Assembly: GCA_030629105.1 (NCBI GenBank)
Contig: DAOVPS010000008.1
Span: 1-32,000 of the forward strand
Source of the DNA: Candidatus Heimdallarchaeota archaeon
GTDB lineage: Archaea; Asgardarchaeota; Heimdallarchaeia; JABLTI01
DNA length: 32,000 bases
Direction: 5' to 3'
The notes beneath the pieces are model-generated. The model had not been told where the DNA came from. It ran no database searches and saw nothing but the letters and a program-made list of their open reading frames with translations. The translations under genes and the position numbers were made by a program. This document shows positions 8,074-16,668 of the stretch, one piece after another; the stretch's first letter is position 1, and every line of letters begins with the position of its first letter.

Positions 8074-9285
8074 CTAATTATAACTAATTGATGCGGGGAG
8101 GTTTTTTAATTGATGTGTCCATTTCAAGACAGATTTCAATATATGTTTTATGCTAATTTTACTTTCATTTGATTTTATCCTTTCAACAAAGGAAATGAAC
8201 AGTAAAAGAGAGATTTGTCTTGGAACTGTAGAAGAATAATTAAGAACAAATTCATCTTTACTCAACCTATTCACAATAATAGAGGTAACCCATTGAGAAA
8301 TATTACCAAGTAATCTTAATCCATCTTCTGTAAAAATAATACTAACACCATTTTCTTCGATTATCATTGGACTTAAGCTCCCAAAAATCATTTTTTCGAA
8401 ATCTTCAAGGATGTAATTTAAATCATCAGAATTAATTTTTGAGAGGTCATTTTTAGCTCCATAAATCTCACTAAAACCTAAGATTGCTGATATGAATGGT
8501 CTAGAGCTACAATTGAGATGTTTCTTCAGGGTTTCAAATGTATCCGGAAGTTCATTTTCCCATTGAGCATAAGCAGTTTCACTAAGATGATCATGAGTAG
8601 ATTGGTCAAATATCATTTTAGGGATTTTACGCCAAATCTTTTCATCATCTATGGAGTAGAGTTCCTTTAGAATCTTAATCTTGGTAGTTTCGAGCTTGAA
8701 AATCAGAAAACGTATAATGTCATAACTCAGATCAATATCATCAGGATTTACCCTAATGTATTGATGAGAACGACCAATTGCAATTAAACGAGAAACCAAC
8801 AGAATTGCAGCTCTCATTTCAATCTCAAATCTATTTATGTGTTTATTTGATAGTTTTTGATTAGAAAGAAATGTTGTTAATCTTGTGATTTTATTATCTA
8901 AATTATTCTTTGTTTTCATATCACTCGAAATTTTTAGAAGTTCAGCTAGTTTCCCGGAGGTTTTTTCACTTTGAGGTAAACCCAAGTTTATTGATTCAAA
9001 TTTGATGAAATCCTGTACTAAATCTCTTGAAATAAGATATTTCAATAGTGAATATGCTTCCTGAACATCATGCTCCTCAATTATTTCATGCTTATTACTT
9101 TTAGCTATTGTTGCTGAGAACAGCATTAAAACTTGAGGAAGACCAAGTTTCTTCACAATGTCATTAGTACTTGCTTTTGAAAATTCATTGAGTTGTTTTT
9201 CCAATTCCTTTCTTGCGTCTTTCGAGTATTGTTTTGTTGCTACTTCAGCAATATCATCAAAAGTACTATCAATCATTTTAATCAC
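8074..9285 (-). CDS. Hypothetical 403-aa helical protein with three internal repeat-like modules
   Basis: Long ORF with window-typical codon usage. No family recognised. Confidence 0.6.
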   Translation of the reverse strand: MIKMIDSTFDDIAEVATKQYSKDARKELEKQLNEFSKASTNDIVKKLGLPQVLMLFSATIAKSNKHEIIEEHDVQEAYSLLKYLISRDLVQDFIKFESINLGLPQSEKTSGKLAELLKISSDMKTKNNLDNKITRLTTFLSNQKLSNKHINRFEIEMRAAILLVSRLIAIGRSHQYIRVNPDDIDLSYDIIRFLIFKLETTKIKILKELYSIDDEKIWRKIPKMIFDQSTHDHLSETAYAQWENELPDTFETLKKHLNCSSRPFISAILGFSEIYGAKNDLSKINSDDLNYILEDFEKMIFGSLSPMIIEENGVSIIFTEDGLRLLGNISQWVTSIIVNRLSKDEFVLNYSSTVPRQISLLLFISFVERIKSNESKISIKHILKSVLKWTHQLKNLPASISYN

Positions 9286-9383
9286 AACTCAATTTGAATT
9301 ACTTTATTCGCTTCTCATTCAATCAATTTCTCTGGTCTTTGTAATACCTCCTCTTTTTAATAAACTATTTTATTATCTAGACA

Positions 9384-9404
9384 ATAGGGTTTTGAAAACC
9401 CTAT
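9384..9404. promoter_or_regulatory. Perfect 10+1+10 palindrome ATAGGGTTTTgAAAACCCTAT in a divergent intergenic region (candidate operator)
   Basis: Read directly. Lies between the 8074-9285 (-) start and the likely DUF47 start at 9487. Confidence 0.3.
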
Positions 9405-9486
9405 GTTACCTAAAAGGTTAAAAAGTAGATTCTATCGCTTGCCCTTAGAAATCAGAGACAACAATAACTATACAGGAAGCAAAAAA

Positions 9487-10140
9487 ATGGTATATCACAC
9501 AAATGGTAACAATGTAGAGAAAAAAGTTTTAGACATAATACTAGATCACACAAGAGTTGTTCTTAGTGGAACAGAAATGTTAGCAAAAATAGTTGATTGT
9601 TGGAAAACCACTGGTCGAGATAAATTTAACAAATATATTAAAGATTTAAATTCTTTGGAATCAAAAGCAAATTCCCTAAAAAAAAGCGCTATGAAAGAAA
9701 TTAGTAATGCAGGACCAACATTATTATTCAGACAAGAATTAATGCAAATAGTCAGATCTATAGATCAGATTATTGATCTTGGTCAAGGGGCTGCTTTTTT
9801 CTTGCAGCAACTAGATAACGAATGGGTCCCCCCTAAAAATCTCGTTAAGAATTTGTTAGCACTCATCGAAAAAACCCGTATTGTATCAAAATCATTGACT
9901 GATTTACAGAGAGCACTTTTCCAAAACTTAGATAAAGTGATTGAAATCTCTGAATCTATTGAAATTATGGAAAACAAAGCAGATGCAAATTACCGTGCTC
10001 TAATCATTGAACTAGCTAATATGGAAGCACAAAAAGGTGTTAATTTGTTCATAAGAGAAGCTGTTGATAGAATTGAAGATATGATAGATTCAGCCAGAGA
10101 TGTCGCATCGTACACTCGTATTTATGCTATGTCTCGATAA
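9487..10140 (+). CDS. DUF47 / PhoU-like phosphate-transport-regulator-related protein
   Basis: Two long helical repeats with an E-x2-aD pattern (ENKADANYRALIIEL, RIEDMIDSARDVA). The track start 9403 sits inside the palindrome, so ATG 9487 (MVYHTNG...) is preferred. Confidence 0.65.
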   Translation: MVYHTNGNNVEKKVLDIILDHTRVVLSGTEMLAKIVDCWKTTGRDKFNKYIKDLNSLESKANSLKKSAMKEISNAGPTLLFRQELMQIVRSIDQIIDLGQGAAFFLQQLDNEWVPPKNLVKNLLALIEKTRIVSKSLTDLQRALFQNLDKVIEISESIEIMENKADANYRALIIELANMEAQKGVNLFIREAVDRIEDMIDSARDVASYTRIYAMSR

Positions 10141-10157
10141 AACAAAAATTTCAATTC

Positions 10158-10163
10158 TTTTTT
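10158..10163 (+). terminator. Oligo-T tract (T6) 18 nt after the DUF47 stop
   Basis: Archaeal termination typically occurs at oligo-T. Position is right after the stop at 10140. Confidence 0.3.
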
Positions 10164-10269
10164 CCTTTATTTTATCATTTTGTGAAAGAAATTATATTAA
10201 TCTATGAGTTATAATTTCTTCAAGAATAAATCCAAACGAATATCAAAGAAGTCTCGGGTTTGAAATTTA

Positions 10270-10860
10270 ATGATCCCAAAAAAGAAAAAGCAAAATAAAT
10301 CTAAAAAGAAAGCGGCTGTTTCTGCTGAATTAATTAGAAATAGAGTTATGATTTGGGATCACGCACAAGGCTCTAAAGTCTATAATTCTGGTTTTTTTGG
10401 TAAACCACTTGGTATTAGAAAACCAAAAGGCGATAATTTTGATCGACCCCTTGAATTAACATTAATAGAAGCTTGCTATTTACTTGAAAAGGAAAGAATT
10501 GTTATCTATTACCAAGGAAGTAAGGAAGAAGTCACACTCAAGAAATTAGAAAAAAAAGGCAAAGATACTTTGAAATTATTCGATGAAAAAATGTTGATCT
10601 ACAAGGATATTAGAAAAAGAGGTATGATCCCACGACCAGGATTAAAATTTGGGGCAGATTTTGCAGTTTACCATAAAGGACCAGGTTTGGATCATTCACC
10701 TTATGTTATAACTTCAATAGCTCGAGGTACTAAACTTAGTGCTATGGAATTAGTTCGAGCTGGAAGACTAGCTACATCAGTTCGCAAGAAATTCGTTATT
10801 GCTTCTATTCAAAAGTCCAATCAAATACGATATTATGGTTTTGTTTGGTTTAAACCATAG
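10270..10860 (+). CDS. endA: tRNA-splicing endonuclease
   Basis: GADFAVYHKGPGLDHSPYVI and RLATSVRKKFVIA (catalytic Tyr/His/Lys context). N-terminal Lys-rich tail. Confidence 0.85.
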   Translation: MIPKKKKQNKSKKKAAVSAELIRNRVMIWDHAQGSKVYNSGFFGKPLGIRKPKGDNFDRPLELTLIEACYLLEKERIVIYYQGSKEEVTLKKLEKKGKDTLKLFDEKMLIYKDIRKRGMIPRPGLKFGADFAVYHKGPGLDHSPYVITSIARGTKLSAMELVRAGRLATSVRKKFVIASIQKSNQIRYYGFVWFKP

Positions 10861-10892
10861 AGAATTCAACACTTTTACGAGAAGATTTTGTA

Positions 10893-11879
10893 ATGTCTAA
10901 AACTGACAATATTGTGCCCTCGGTTATTTCGCCGCAAATAAAAGAACGCCTATTGAAACAAGGGTATCAGTTATATGGAAAACAAATTGCAGTAAAGAAG
11001 TGCTTATGGACTCACAATTATCTAAAAGAAGACAGATTCTGTTACAAATCAGCTTATGGTATACAGAGCCATAGATGTATTCAAGCAACTCCAACTCTTT
11101 TATGTAATCATCAATGTTTGTTTTGTTGGCGATTACAAGAAAAAGACATAGGATTGAAGCCAGTTTGGGATGTTGATGAATCCGAATTCGATACACCTGA
11201 AGAAGTCTATGAAGGGTTGAAATGGGGTTGGAAGAGATGTATCTCGGGTTACAAACCAGTTGTCTCAAAGGAAAAATTCGAAGAAGCTTCAAATCCTAAA
11301 CATGTAGCATTGAGTCTTGCAGGTGAGCCCACATTATATCCATTTCTTACCGATCTGCTAAAATTACTCGAGAAAGAAGGATTGTCTACTTTTCTTGTTT
11401 CCAATGGGACTAATCCGGATGCTTTTCAAAAAATGATTAAAGAGAAGATTTTTCCAACACAATTGTATATCACAATTCCTGCTCCAAATAAGAAGGAGTA
11501 CATTAAGACTTGTAAACCATTAATAAATGATGGATGGGAACGCATCATTAGAAGTTTGGAATTAATGTCAACAATGGAAAATAGAACAGTAGCAAGGTTA
11601 ACGATGGCAAAGAAAATCAATATGATTAATCCAAAAGAATTTATTCCATTGATTCAGAAAGCAAATCCATCTTTCGTTGAAGTTAAGGGGTTTTCGCCTG
11701 TTGGATTTTCTCAATATCGTGTTACTCGAGCAAACATGCCCTACATTGAAGATATCCAAGCGTTCACAAATCAAATCATTGATGGGCTTCCTGACTATCA
11801 GCAAGTCTTTGAAATGGAGGAAAGCAAAGTAGTTATTTTGTCTAATAACAAGCATCCTCTAATAATACCAAATCTATAA
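10893..11879 (+). CDS. tyw1: 4-demethylwyosine synthase TYW1/Taw1 (radical SAM)
   Basis: Radical-SAM CNHQCLFCWR (Cx3Cx2C), upstream Cys cluster CYKSAYGIQSHRC, and GEPTLYP. Confidence 0.85.
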   Translation: MSKTDNIVPSVISPQIKERLLKQGYQLYGKQIAVKKCLWTHNYLKEDRFCYKSAYGIQSHRCIQATPTLLCNHQCLFCWRLQEKDIGLKPVWDVDESEFDTPEEVYEGLKWGWKRCISGYKPVVSKEKFEEASNPKHVALSLAGEPTLYPFLTDLLKLLEKEGLSTFLVSNGTNPDAFQKMIKEKIFPTQLYITIPAPNKKEYIKTCKPLINDGWERIIRSLELMSTMENRTVARLTMAKKINMINPKEFIPLIQKANPSFVEVKGFSPVGFSQYRVTRANMPYIEDIQAFTNQIIDGLPDYQQVFEMEESKVVILSNNKHPLIIPNL

Positions 11880-11880
11880 T

Positions 11881-13521
11881 TTATTTTAGATTTTTCTTTA
11901 TAGTTTTGATTGCTTGTTCTGCTCCGATAGTCTGAATATATGGTCCTAATTTGGGACCTCGGTCTGTGTTCAAAAGAATTTGATATAATAACTTGAAGAA
12001 TTCTCCAGGTTTCATTTTATATTGCCGTGCAATTTCGAAAATTCTGCTTTGAATGTCATCCGCTTCTACTAAACCTTTCAGTTCTTTTATCAAGTCCTTG
12101 AGAGATGCTTTTTGTTTTTCATCAAGTTCTACGGTAATTTCTTCTAACTGTGCAAAATCCTTAACCCAATTAGCAGCATATTGGACTCTTTCTTTAACAT
12201 CTTTGAATGTAGCACCATCTCTAAGATAGCCGTATTCTATTAATCTAGATTCAATAAATTCTTCATATGCACTTTCTGGAGCTACAGATATGAGGTTAAC
12301 GAGTAATGAATAAGGAATTTGTAGTGATCTTTTTTCGGGTTGCTTAAGATGCCAACAATACTCAAAGAGGCCATTCATCTTTCTCTTTCGGGCAGCATTA
12401 CCTTCCTTTATTCTACCAAAATAGATATTTTCTAAATAATCCAATTCTTTCATATAAATTGGAATATCGTCAACTGCTAAGGTTCTACTACCAGCCATTC
12501 GTTTGTAAGTAAGAAGTGCTAAAGACTGAGTTGAACCATAATTGAACCAAGTTTGTGGAGTAAACACATTCCCAGTGGATTTTGAAATTTTGTGCCCTCC
12601 TTTATCTAAAAACATTTCATACCTTGCATGAGTTGGTGGTTCGTATTCAAAGATTTCTTTGCAGATTTGATCATTACATGTAACAGATTCAAAGATATCT
12701 TTGCCAAAAGCCTCAAAATCAATTTGGAGTAAATCCCATCTTGCTGCAAATTCAGTTTTCCACGTAAGTTTTCCTTCTCCTTTGCCAATATCTGCCCATC
12801 CTTGGTATCCACACCCATCGAGTATTTTACCGCGAATTTCATCTCCTTCACAGATATATTCTACTTGACCTTTCTTTTCGTCAAAGCTAATTGCCTTAGT
12901 TGTGTATATTTTCCCACATTGCTTGCATATCGCATGATAGGGAAGTGCTTCTAAATACTTCTCTTGTCCAGTTGTTTCTTTTATAATTTCTCCAGCACGT
13001 TTTGCTTGAGCTAAAAGTTTCTTGACTTGTGGAGCTATCTTACCAGAAGTATACAATTCATTTGCTGAGGTAGGGGTACAAATAATTCCTGCTTGATTAA
13101 TAGAATCGATAAGTAATGAAGACATATGTTGACCATAGCTGTTATGACAACCCCAAGGATCAGGAATCATAGATACAGGCTTCCCTAGGTGCTCTTTTAA
13201 TTCCGGAGGTGTTCCTGCCGGAACTTTGCGAAGTCCATCCATATCATCTGCAAAAGCTATAAACTCCGATTTTCTATCTAAGTCTTCAATTGCTAGTTTA
13301 AACCCAAAAGCTCTTGAAGCGTCAGCAAAAGAACCAATATGGGGGAAACCCGATGCACCGAGACCGCTTTCAGTTCTAATTACTTCTGGATGTTTTCCTT
13401 TAAGGTTATCTTTACGTTCTAACACATCGAGTGCTAATTTATCAATCCAGGTTCCACGACCGATAATATCCTCTGAGTCATCACCAAGGTCAAATTCTTG
13501 TGTCAATTTCTTCGCCTTCAA
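11881..13521 (-). CDS. lysS: Lysine--tRNA ligase, class I
   Basis: PHIGS (HIGH-type) and KISKS (KMSKS-type) motifs, a Cys cluster CKQCG...CEGD...CG, and about 546 aa. TTG is the only in-frame start near the N-terminus. Confidence 0.9.
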   Translation of the reverse strand: MKAKKLTQEFDLGDDSEDIIGRGTWIDKLALDVLERKDNLKGKHPEVIRTESGLGASGFPHIGSFADASRAFGFKLAIEDLDRKSEFIAFADDMDGLRKVPAGTPPELKEHLGKPVSMIPDPWGCHNSYGQHMSSLLIDSINQAGIICTPTSANELYTSGKIAPQVKKLLAQAKRAGEIIKETTGQEKYLEALPYHAICKQCGKIYTTKAISFDEKKGQVEYICEGDEIRGKILDGCGYQGWADIGKGEGKLTWKTEFAARWDLLQIDFEAFGKDIFESVTCNDQICKEIFEYEPPTHARYEMFLDKGGHKISKSTGNVFTPQTWFNYGSTQSLALLTYKRMAGSRTLAVDDIPIYMKELDYLENIYFGRIKEGNAARKRKMNGLFEYCWHLKQPEKRSLQIPYSLLVNLISVAPESAYEEFIESRLIEYGYLRDGATFKDVKERVQYAANWVKDFAQLEEITVELDEKQKASLKDLIKELKGLVEADDIQSRIFEIARQYKMKPGEFFKLLYQILLNTDRGPKLGPYIQTIGAEQAIKTIKKNLK

Positions 13522-13654
13522 ACATCAATAAGCATTATATTACTCCAAAAACCATTCATTTATATTAATTACCCTACAAATCGAATATTAGAAAAATTTA
13601 CTGAATAGCTAGGTGAAATTCTCCGCACTATGTTTATATTTCACAATAGCATAA

Positions 13655-14029
13655 ATGACTACAAAAACAGGTGACATGAAAATGACTAATATCATCTTGA
13701 GATTTCTGTGGGTAATATTTATTGGTTCGTGGTTAACACCCATTTGGTACTTTTTAGGTTTTATTTTCACAGCCTTGATAATCTCAGCACCACTAGGTAT
13801 TTGGTTCTTTGAACGGATTGGTTATGTCTTCTCACTTTATGAAAACCCGGTGCAAAGAGAAATAACCTTTACACGATCGCTTAAAGGATTATTGTGGTTT
13901 TATCTTGTAGGTTGGTGGCTGGGTTTTCTAGTTATCGCATTAGCTGAAGCTTGTATAGGAACAATTATCTTAATCCCAGCAGGTTGGTGGCTTATCAATC
14001 GTTTAGATCAGATTGTTATTCTTAGTTAG
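13655..14029 (+). CDS. YccF-like (DUF307) small inner-membrane protein
   Basis: Two repeated hydrophobic W/G-rich modules (FLWVIFIGSWL...APLGIWFF and LLWFYLVGWWLG...IPAGWWLI). The true start may be an internal ATG (M8/M10). Confidence 0.55.
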   Translation: MTTKTGDMKMTNIILRFLWVIFIGSWLTPIWYFLGFIFTALIISAPLGIWFFERIGYVFSLYENPVQREITFTRSLKGLLWFYLVGWWLGFLVIALAEACIGTIILIPAGWWLINRLDQIVILS

Positions 14030-14050
14030 AGGGTTTACATTAAATCCTCG

Positions 14051-14057
14051 TTTTTTT
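14051..14057 (+). terminator. Oligo-T tract (T7) 22 nt after the YccF-like stop
   Basis: cgTTTTTTTatc read directly. Confidence 0.3.
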
Positions 14058-14167
14058 ATCTTCAAAATAGTATTATCAGATTATGTAGATACTACGTGCC
14101 TTAAAATCCTAAAAATTCCTTTTGTAATTAGTAGTTGAGGTAATTCGAGTAACAAGGTGAAGAGCAA

Positions 14168-14818
14168 TTGAATTTGCAACAAATATGGATTCTACAAGAA
14201 TCAGGAACTTGCCTGTTTCATCAAAAATATGATAATAGTGACAGCGATGAGAATTTAATTAGTGGCTTTTTGAGTGCAGTGAATTCCTTTGTTGGTTCAT
14301 TTGGAGCAGAAATAAAATGGATTGAAACAGATAGAAATAGATTCGTTTTCAAACTGAGCAATCAATTAATCTTTGTCGCATGCACAGATCCAAGTGAACA
14401 GGCACCGGTGACCTTTAAGCGATTAAACCGTGTTGCAGATCATTTTGATCTAATGTTTGGTAAAGAATTCTTAGTATCAGGAGATCCCATCCCAATTGAT
14501 AGGTTCAAAAAAATAGGACCTACAGTAGGTCGGTTATTTGGCATCAAAGAAGAAAGTAGAAGAGAATTAGGAACTCAAACTAAAGAAAAAATCCAACAAG
14601 AATTACGATTTGATTCGAAAGAAGCTCGTCTCATGTCTTTTATTCGGTACAAAAGAAGAGTTTCAGTAACTGAGATTGTGCGTTTTCTCAGAATATCTGA
14701 CCAAGATGCTGAATCAACACTAACAAAATTGGAATCTAATAGATTCGTTCAAAAAATGGAACGCCCTGACGGAACTGAACATTATGGTTTGCATCCGGTT
14801 GTGCGTGGAGCATTCTAA
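14168..14818 (+). CDS. Longin/roadblock-like N-terminal domain fused to a C-terminal winged helix-turn-helix
   Basis: N-terminal ~100 aa pattern is beta-beta-alpha-beta-beta-beta-alpha (IWILQESGTCLFHQ / ISGFLSAVNSFVGSF / IKWIETD-RFVFKL-LIFVACTD / FKRLNRVADHFDLMF). C-terminal VSVTEIVRFLRISDQDAESTLTKLESNRFVQK...YGLHP is wHTH-like. TTG start with GGTGA upstream. Confidence 0.6.
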   Translation: MNLQQIWILQESGTCLFHQKYDNSDSDENLISGFLSAVNSFVGSFGAEIKWIETDRNRFVFKLSNQLIFVACTDPSEQAPVTFKRLNRVADHFDLMFGKEFLVSGDPIPIDRFKKIGPTVGRLFGIKEESRRELGTQTKEKIQQELRFDSKEARLMSFIRYKRRVSVTEIVRFLRISDQDAESTLTKLESNRFVQKMERPDGTEHYGLHPVVRGAF

Positions 14819-14881
14819 GGTTCTCAATCTGAATATTTATCTATGAATAAAGGATTTTGAGATTCCCATTTGTTTTTGTTT

Positions 14882-15286
14882 TTAGAACCACCAAAAAATT
14901 GAAGTTAAAACAATCGTTGCGACAATTTGTAAGCAGATTGATATCCAACCAAGTGTTACTGCAATTGAACCTGAAGAACTTCCTTTTGCATTATTTCCAA
15001 CGGATATAGCTATGATTCCACCAATACAAGGCAGAATTCCTACACAAGCAAGTATTCCAAATATAAGTGCAATAGTTCCTTGGGAATCATCTTGTTTTCC
15101 AGGAACATAAGTTGTCGTTTGTGGTTGTACCACTGTATAACTAGGACTTGGCTGACTTTCAGATATTATCCTAACTGAAGTAGTTGATTCAACAACAGAT
15201 AATGAAGCACCACAATTCTAACAAAACTCCGACCCATCTTCGAGTGCTGACCCACAATAAGGGCAGATGTCGTTTCTCTTACTCAT
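14882..15286 (-). pseudogene. Zinc-ribbon/DUF4190-like membrane protein, paralog A, interrupted by one in-frame TAG (codon 23)
   Basis: ATG 15286 with AGGAGA SD. MSKRNDICPYCGSALEDGSEFC-TAG-NCGASL... continues in frame into track ORF 14882-15133, with no other stop. Confidence 0.7.
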
Positions 15287-15383
15287 AATTATCTCTCCTA
15301 TATATTGTCACCTTTTAGCTAATAATTAGCTATTCTAGTTAATATATAATGCCTAATTCTCTGATGAGAGAAATTACTTATTA

Positions 15384-15827
15384 CTAAATATAAATGGGTA
15401 TGAAAATTACCATAAGTATTATTCCAACTACTATAATAAACGAATATCCTAGAATTAACCCAACCAATCCTGTGACACTTTTAGATCTACTTCTAGAGAT
15501 ATGACCCAAGATTATAGCAATGATACTCCCAATACCAGGTAAAACCATAATCCAACCAAGTATTCCCATAATAAGTGATAATACACCCAATACATCTTCT
15601 GTTTTCTTTTGTGGAACGTAAACTGTTGTTGTCTGTTGATGATATGGTCCTTGTTGAGTAGCTGGTTGTTGATAGTAACCTATACTTGCTGGTGGTGGTG
15701 TTTGTATTATTTGTACTGCGGGTGTTTTTTCAACATCGGAAAGTGCAGCTCCACAGTTTTGACAAAATTGTGTACCACTTTCTATTGCAGAACCACAATA
15801 TGGACAATACTCCTCTTTTTCACTCAT
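15384..15827 (-). CDS. Zinc-ribbon/DUF4190-like membrane protein, paralog B
   Basis: CPYCGSAIESGTQFCQNCG, a P/Q-rich linker, then GVLSLIMGILG...PGIGSIIAIILGH two-TM module. AGGAGA SD. Confidence 0.8.
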   Translation of the reverse strand: MSEKEEYCPYCGSAIESGTQFCQNCGAALSDVEKTPAVQIIQTPPPASIGYYQQPATQQGPYHQQTTTVYVPQKKTEDVLGVLSLIMGILGWIMVLPGIGSIIAIILGHISRSRSKSVTGLVGLILGYSFIIVVGIILMVIFIPIYI

Positions 15828-15953
15828 TTTTCGTTCTCCTATCTATTTTAATCTAAACTCTATTTGATTTCTAATTGAAGTTACACTATTCCGAAATAAA
15901 TAATTCGGTTTTTCAGTACCCTCAAAAGGTAAAACCTATCACGAGTATTGGTA

Positions 15954-16058
15954 CTATGCTATTACAGCTTCAAGATAACCTATGACAAGTCCTATTATTG
16001 CATTTACATTTCTTGATCTACTTTTCGATGTGTGACTAAGTATTTTTACAGGAATTGC
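15954..16058 (-). pseudogene. C-terminal remnant of a fifth zinc-ribbon/DUF4190-like paralog
   Basis: Minus-strand translation AIPVKILSHTSKSRSRNVNAIIGLVIGYLEAVIA-stop parallels paralog B AIILGHISRSRSKSVTGLVGLILGYSFIIVVG. There is no N-terminal half and no start codon. Confidence 0.5.
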
Positions 16059-16084
16059 TCTGCATTGATTTTTTCTAAGCTAGC

Positions 16085-16519
16085 TTATATGTACCAGATC
16101 CATCCAGTTGCAAATAGAATAACATAGATTATTATCACTACGACATATAACCCGACACCAAGATAGCCTAAGACTAAACCTATAGAAGCATATTGACTCT
16201 CACCTTTGCTTTTCGCACTGTGACCCAAGATAATAGCTACAATAGATCCTATACATGCAAGAACACCTACACAACCCAGAATTCCAAAGATCAATGAGAG
16301 TAGACCGGTATTATCTTCTTTTTTCTGTGGGGTATAAACTATTGTTGTTGGTTGTTCATAAGCAGGGGTTGTGCCGTATGACTCTTGAGGTGGCATGGGG
16401 GTATGAGCTGGTTTACTTGGTCCAGCATCACCTGAGATAGAAGCCCCACAATTTTGACAAAACTGCGAACCACTTTCTAATGCAGAACCACAATATGGAC
16501 AATGATTTATCTTACTCAT
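16085..16519 (-). CDS. Zinc-ribbon/DUF4190-like membrane protein, paralog C
   Basis: HCPYCGSALESGSQFCQNCG, linker, and GLLSLIFGILGCVGVLACIGSIVAIILGH. Confidence 0.8.
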   Translation of the reverse strand: MSKINHCPYCGSALESGSQFCQNCGASISGDAGPSKPAHTPMPPQESYGTTPAYEQPTTIVYTPQKKEDNTGLLSLIFGILGCVGVLACIGSIVAIILGHSAKSKGESQYASIGLVLGYLGVGLYVVVIIIYVILFATGWIWYI

Positions 16520-16668
16520 GGTTATTATCCCTTTTGATATTTTAAGTGATTAATTATTGAAAAGGTTTTTGAGAGGTATTTTCATTTTATTACTATTCTA
16601 ATTATATTATTTTCTATGTTACATCTCACAAATCGAAAAAAAAGGAAAAAGGTGATTCTAATTGAGAA

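Noticed and set aside
15317-15331. 15-nt perfect palindrome AGCTAATaATTAGCT upstream of paralog A
   Set aside because: 7-bp AT-rich arms are expected several times by chance in 32 kb of this composition (my rough estimate is about four per spacer length), and the motif is not repeated upstream of the other paralogs.
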